DNA of 63,985 nucleotides, counting the filler, from Lenisia limosa (Eukaryota; Protista; Breviatea), in NCBI GenBank assembly GCA_001655205.1. It is 6 parts of 6 records of this genome, joined end to end, with 100 filler letters (N's around TTAATTAATTAA, not from the genome) between each part and the next. Parts side by side here need not be neighbours in the genome. Positions count along the whole stretch, not along the records: positions 44,000 to 60,072 come from LPNZ01009742.1; positions 60,173 to 62,387 come from LPNZ01002902.1; positions 62,488 to 63,985 come from LPNZ01009704.1; 3 more parts are not named here. One strand, given 5' to 3'. The notes beneath the pieces were generated by a model. That model saw only the letters and a program-made list of their open reading frames with translations, was not told the origin of the DNA and searched no databases. The translations under genes were made by a program, and so were the position numbers. This document shows, one piece after another, positions 59,401 through 63,985 of this stretch. The first letter of the stretch is position 1. Each line of letters begins with the position of its first letter.

Positions 59401-60072
59401 AAGAAGAGAAACGAAGAGAAGAAGCACTTGCTGCTCAAAAAGAAGAAGAAAAGCAGAAAATGGAGGAGAAGAGAATTGAGCAAGCGAGGAAGACTGAAGA
59501 AAAGAAGAGGAAGGAAGAGGAAAAGAAGAGGGAAGAAGAACTGAAGGCAAAGAAAGTAGAGAAGAAGGGAGATGTGATATTATCTAAGGTAGAAGAGATA
59601 AAGACCGAAAAGAAAAAGAAAGTTGAGAAAAAGGAAGAAAAGAAAGAAGAGAAGAAGGAAGAAAAGAAAGAAGAGAAACAGGAAGAGAAACAGGTAGAAA
59701 AACGAGTTGAGAAGAAAACTGAAAAGAAGAAGTCAGAGACGAAGGTAGGAGAAAAGCCAGAGAAGAAGGAGAAGACAGGAGAAAAGCCAGAGAAGAAGAA
59801 AGATGACAAGAAGAAGAAGGCTGAGTCGAAGACTGAAGAGAAACTCACACCAACCGAGTCAGTCGTTCGAATTGTGAGCAAAGCCGGCTTGAAAAAGATA
59901 ATTGTCCCGAAAGCGGAGTGGACTGGTCCGATCCGCGACCCTGCCCCCTCGGAAGTGCTTGATATTGGCGAAATTCAGTCTGCCACGGCTAAGAGGAGGC
60001 GCAAGAAGAAGACCACGATTCTTGACCCCGAGTTGCCGCTGAGTCTCAAGCTTCTTGCGCAGTCGCCGCAGG
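50449..60072 (+). CDS. TMEM131-like large membrane protein (signal peptide, serial Ig-like/ASH-type beta domains, TM, Lys/Glu-rich tail), 3' truncated
   Basis: N-terminal hydrophobic signal. Segments IQPGGAATLDIAVIPRVVGKVDAVFSLETSHGSALFNV, SGQANPMKIGPL, VKPMTVNFGTL...SVFLTNLSPETILVK and IAELQVTNPSDYPL follow the TMEM131 layout as I recall it. TM VGAAVITAIFVAITQATLF is followed by a KE-rich tract. Confidence 0.68.
54547..54641. mobile_element. hAT-type MITE with perfect 8-bp target-site duplication
   Basis: ATTACAAT | TAGGGCTTCCTTAC...GTAGGGAAGCCCTA | ATTACAAT. Confidence 0.92.
58653..58721. mobile_element. Tc1/mariner-type MITE
   Basis: TA|CACTGACCAGGATAAGTCTTGACC...GATCAAGACTTATCCCGGTCACTG|TA. 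Confidence 0.88.
59095..59835 (+). repeat. Purine-rich low-complexity coding tract (Lys/Glu/Arg)
   Basis: EKKRKEEE-type repeats in the open frame 58671-60072. Confidence 0.9.
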
Positions 60073-60172
60073 NNNNNNNNNNNNNNNNNNNNNNNNNNNN
60101 NNNNNNNNNNNNNNNNTTAATTAATTAANNNNNNNNNNNNNNNNNNNNNNNNNNNNNNNNNNNNNNNNNNNN

Positions 60173-60218
<46 letters not shown>

Positions 60219-60233
60219 ATGATGATGATGATA

Positions 60234-60268
<35 letters not shown>
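60173..60268. repeat. (GAT)n microsatellite at a contig start
   Basis: About 32 near-perfect GAT units followed by (GGT)n. Confidence 0.95.
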
Positions 60269-60342
60269 AGTGGTGGTGGTGGTGGTGTTTGGTAATGATA
60301 ATGTCGGTGTAAACAAAAAAACAACCAAATCCAATACTCTAG

Positions 60343-62276
60343 CCCATCAAAGACGTTCAAACCGTCACATCTATGTTCTTCAAGGACCCGCTGCTTATCC
60401 CTGCTGGCAACGCTGTCGCTCCATTCCTCTCTGCAATTTTGGCTACAAAAGGTGTGGACCGTTCATTCACTTTTCGTTTACAATATCCTTTTTATATACT
60501 GTTGGAAATCATATGAGGAATATTCCTGGTGTCTATCAACCAATAAGGTTGATTTGGTCTTTTTTGTTTCTTCGTTTTACTCCGCTAGACGTTTCCAGCG
60601 AGGTAATATCCTGCATCGAGTCCGTTCTATCCAAGGCGATCTGCTCCATCCAAGGTACATAATATTATATATAGTAACCGCGTAAAGTCCTGACACGATT
60701 GTCTTAATATACATAGTAACGCTGATAAGTCCTGACACGAGTGTCTAAAAACGGTAAAGCGCAGTATCCGTGTCAGGACTTATCGCAGTGTAAATATCAC
60801 ATTCATCATGATACGGAACCTTTATAGTGGCGGTAACGTCATTGAAAAGTCCTATTAATTTGTGAGTAACATTGCAGTAACGCCGGGAGAACACTTCAAC
60901 GCTGAATTGAATGAGCATATTCTCAAAACCATCCTGGACTGCGCCAACCAGGTGGGGTTATTTCTATTTTACCAGCCTTTTTCGACTGTAGGGAAGTCCT
61001 ATTATTGCTTTTTTAGAAACTGTAGTTCCTGATTCACCTCCTTCCTTATCAGGAAATCACACCTTCCTAATTTGAAAACTGTTGTCCGTATTTCCTCTTC
61101 AATATCCTCATAACTTCCTTCGAATGTCTTCTAAGTTATCACTCACCCGCGGCCTCAAAACCACTCACCATTTCCTCAACTAGGGCTTCACTTCGGTTTG
61201 GGAAAATATCGATAGTTTTCGAGGATTTATCGAGAAATTTAGTCTTTTTTCGAACCGAAGTGAAGTCCTACCGCAGACCTTCTATTCACTTTTTTCCTTT
61301 TTGGGAAATCACACATTCCTTATTTGGAAACTGTTGTCTTCTATTCCCATCCTGTAGGGGTCTCACCAACTCAAGAAAATTGTAGCGTCCACCCTCTTTT
61401 CCTGTGAGCTTCTTAGGGTGGCATCCACACTAAAATATACACTGATTGCGTTAAGTCCTGAAACGATTGATTATAGACAAAGCCTAATATCCATGCTTGT
61501 CGCGTCAGTGTATATGCACATGTTTTTATTATTTATTACAATTATTAAAAAAATGATTCTCTGAAACAGATATTGAGCTTTATCTTGAGTCATTTGTTCA
61601 AAACTTATCGCTGGCAGAGTACGTACGTAATAATAAGCTTTTCCTTTTTTTTTTATGGGAGGAGGGTTCTTTGGGATGGTTCAAGTTATATCGATCTTGG
61701 TCCCTTTTTATTCTTTGTTCGTTTCATAAATTTTCCAATTTTACCGTACGTTGGAGTGATGGGATACGGTGCTGCAGAAGTGACTGGCCTGGGCTTTGTT
61801 TTTGTGTGTTTTGTTGTTATCAACCCTCGTGTGTCAACAGAGTGTATTTTGGGCTTTTTTTTTTGTTTGTTTCATCAATTTTCCAATTTCACTCCTCCGA
61901 TAGACCTTTCCCGTTTCCTGCTTTCCCTCTCCAACCAAACTCGAAACTGTGTCAGCCTTGCCGCCAAAACTATTGCTGCGTCCTGGCTCATGAGGTGGGG
62001 GGTTTATATGGGGTAAATTGGTTTTTTGTGGGGGGGTTTTGTGGGGGTTCTGTTTAAAATATCTATATTTATTGAGGATTTATCACGAAATTCCGTCTTT
62101 TTGGGATATATTAGTAATCTAGGGAAACAAACTCAGGATTCCTAGTTTTACAGTCCAGACCATCCTCCCCCCTTCTCTTCACAACGAATGCTCTCGAGGC
62201 CTTGGTGGGCTATATTGCGACTAGTGGCGACGGCGGCCCGGTGTTCGTCAAAATGCTGACTGCTGCCGTTGGACAG
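60343..62276 (+). CDS. Internal exons of an uncharacterised helical (possibly HEAT/ARM-like) protein
   Basis: Exons PIKDVQTVTSMFFKDPLLIPAGNAVAPFLSAILATK, DVSSEVISCIESVLSKAICSIQ, HFNAELNEHILKTILDCANQ and VQTILPLLFTTNALEALVGYIA..., all bounded by AG/GT. Confidence 0.6.
60714..60789. mobile_element. MITE related to the CAGTG/TA family (GATAAGTCCTGACACG inverted core); relative at 61440-61510
   Basis: GATAAGTCCTGACACG...CGTGTCAGGACTTATC. The 61440-61510 copy is TA|CACTGA...TCAGTG|TA. Confidence 0.65.
61181..61270. mobile_element. hAT-type MITE, full length (CACTTCGG subfamily)
   Basis: TAGGGCTTCACTTCGGTTTG...CGAACCGAAGTGAAGTCCTA. No TSD is recognisable for this copy. Confidence 0.85.
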
Positions 62277-62307
62277 GTAGAGGGGGGTATTATATGCTTA
62301 TCATGCA

Positions 62308-62387
62308 GAAAGCTGTGCACAGAGTTGTAAGGCAAATGATTGGGTGAATTAATACTATACTATTGTCCAATATAAGCGTGATGGTGT
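62308..62387 (+). repeat. Dispersed repeat family R5 (core GTGCACAGAGTTGTAAGGCAAATGATTGGGTGAATTAATA...TATAAGCGTGATGGTGT)
   Basis: Related copies at about 20645-20710 (+), 31405-31490 (+), 37590-37640 (+, partial), 43750-43845 (-) and 63495-63550 (-). Confidence 0.82.
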
Positions 62388-62600
62388 NNNNNNNNNNNNN
62401 NNNNNNNNNNNNNNNNNNNNNNNNNNNNNNNTTAATTAATTAANNNNNNNNNNNNNNNNNNNNNNNNNNNNNNNNNNNNNNNNNNNNACTGAGTAATAAA
62501 AGGCCTGACACGAATGTTGAACGCTTAAAGCGTATTTAAAGCAGTTGTTTTAAAGTGGCATTTTAGTCCACTGTAATAAAACTGCTTTAATATGTATACG

Positions 62601-62712
62601 TTCAAAAACCGTGTCATTAATTCAGAAAACCGTGTCATTAATTCAAAAACCGTGTCATTAATTCAAAAACCGTGTCATTAATTCAAAAACCGTGTCATTA
62701 ATTCAGAAAACC
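62601..62712. repeat. 20/21-bp tandem repeat, 5 full copies plus a partial one
   Basis: TTCA(G)AAAACCGTGTCATTAA repeated. Confidence 0.93.
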
Positions 62713-62834
62713 AACCCCTGCACCTCAATTTTATCGCTATATCCAAAAATATCCTTACAGCCCTCCATAAAACTCTTTTAAGAAAAAACATATACAGTGT
62801 ATATGCTACATGTATATATCGTCCCCCCCCCCCA

Positions 62835-63370
62835 GTTACAGTAAATGTTCAGTGCGGAGAGGTAGACGTTGAGTGAGATTATGAAGAACAGTGTGGGTCT
62901 AAGGGGGTCAAAACGAAGGAAATTTCGATGAAGAAGATTGGCGTAAAGGTACTGCAATAACACGAGCAACCAGCGCTAAACTAGACAAAAACGATGACAA
63001 GGGATGTAAAAACGACTAAAATCCCTGTGTAATATTTCCTTTTATGGTCGTAGTTTCAGAGACGCTTTACTGCAAAAAAACAATCATTACCCTCGCACTT
63101 GAAGAGCAATTGGAAAACGAGAGGACCACAAAGGGCTGTCAAAGGGTACATGATAATCTGGGGGAAATAAGGGGTCCAAAAAACAAAGAAATAAGTAGAA
63201 AAATAAGAGAAAAGAGAGAACAAGAGAAAAAAAAGAGAAAAAAAGAGAAAAAAGAAGCACATCTTTTGTTCACGGGGAAGATACATGATAATCTGTCCCC
63301 AAACAGTTCGAGAGGACACGTCATCGAGGTCCCTTTCTTCCTCAGATGAGAGGTACGGACCAATATCTGC
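62835..63370 (-). CDS. Possible exons of an unresolved gene
   Basis: AG/GT-bounded stop-free segments (DIGPYLSSEEERDLDDVSSRTVWGQ; ALCGPLVFQLLFKCE; THTVLHNLTQRLPLRTEHLL). Phases were not confirmed. Confidence 0.3.
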
Positions 63371-63985
63371 AAAAGTCAAATTAATTAAGAAAAAGAAAAA
63401 AAAAACGGTCAACGTCTATTACAAATTAAAAAAAAACATACGGGTCGGGTCATCTTAAAAAAAACAGCACACATATTATATATTTGCAATGAGAAATAAA
63501 CAAATAAGGCAGTATCTGGTCAAAGCTGTCCACACACCATCACGCTTATTTTGGGACCAGAAACAAGTCCCAAACCTTGCCCCCTAACTAACCTCGGATA
63601 TTCTTGTAACATCCACCATACCCGCGTTCTGATTTTTTTATTTTTTTTTTATTTTTTTTTTNNNNNNNNNNNNNNNNNNNNNNNNNNNNNNNNNNNNNNN
63701 NNNNNNNNNNNNNNNNNNNNNNNNNNTCTTTTTCTTCTTTTTCTTTTATTATTCTGCTTTTTTTCTTTTCGTCTTTTATTATCCTGATTTCTCATTTTGG
63801 AATTCCAAATTTCTCCCCCAGCTGACATGCTAGAAGAACAAAGGTGCCATTGAAGGAGAGGACAATTTGGTACCAGTTGATTACTGCTTAGTGAAAATAG
63901 ATAAAATTGTAAAATTTATGAAACAAAAAACAAAGCCCAAAATCAACTCTGCTGACAACACACGAGGGTTGATGACAACAAAACA

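Noticed and set aside
58755-59881. Long Phe/Ser/Leu-rich antisense ORFs
   Set aside because: They are complements of the purine-rich Lys/Glu tract.
60125-60662. Poly-Met / poly-Ile ORFs
   Set aside because: They are products of the (GAT)n microsatellite. Whether it is intronic or encodes poly-Asp cannot be decided.
1-63985. Non-standard genetic code (stop reassignment)
   Set aside because: Reconstructed conserved genes have no in-frame stops and end at TAA, TAG or TGA where homologues end.
1-63985. tRNA, rRNA or autonomous transposase/reverse-transcriptase genes
   Set aside because: No cloverleaf, rRNA-like or transposase/RT motifs were recognised by eye. Small ncRNAs could be missed without a covariance-model search.

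Overview
Eukaryotic, intron-rich genomic DNA from a flagellated, mitochondrion-bearing microbial eukaryote. It uses the standard code (TAA, TAG and TGA all terminate my gene models). The ORF track is mostly uninformative, so I rebuilt gene models by hand from GT-AG junctions; exon boundaries are approximate. The window is six sequence pieces joined by identical artificial 100-bp linkers (N44-TTAATTAATTAA-N44), so adjacency across those joins is unproven. Piece A (1-27513) is compact and gene-dense. In order it holds a Cys-rich repeat type-I membrane protein, COMMD3, eIF3h, a D-threonine aldolase/D-serine dehydratase-family PLP enzyme, CFAP144/FAM183-like, an unknown Ser/Pro-rich gene, a secreted protein, an intron-containing 2-aminoethylphosphonate transaminase (phnW), three microproteins, a fimbrin-like CH-domain protein, and a head-to-head methylmalonate-semialdehyde dehydrogenase / class-III omega-aminotransferase pair. 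Later pieces have longer, repeat-filled introns and carry unknown genes, a long coiled-coil gene, a multipass membrane protein, a spartin/senescence-domain gene, a second secreted protein and a TMEM131-like gene. Several MITE-like families, dispersed repeats and minisatellites are present. The most notable observations are (i) the loose cluster of amine/aminophosphonate-metabolising enzymes in piece A and (ii) a hAT-type MITE whose terminal repeat appears to supply the splice acceptor and four codons of a host exon. No tRNA, rRNA or CRISPR array was seen.
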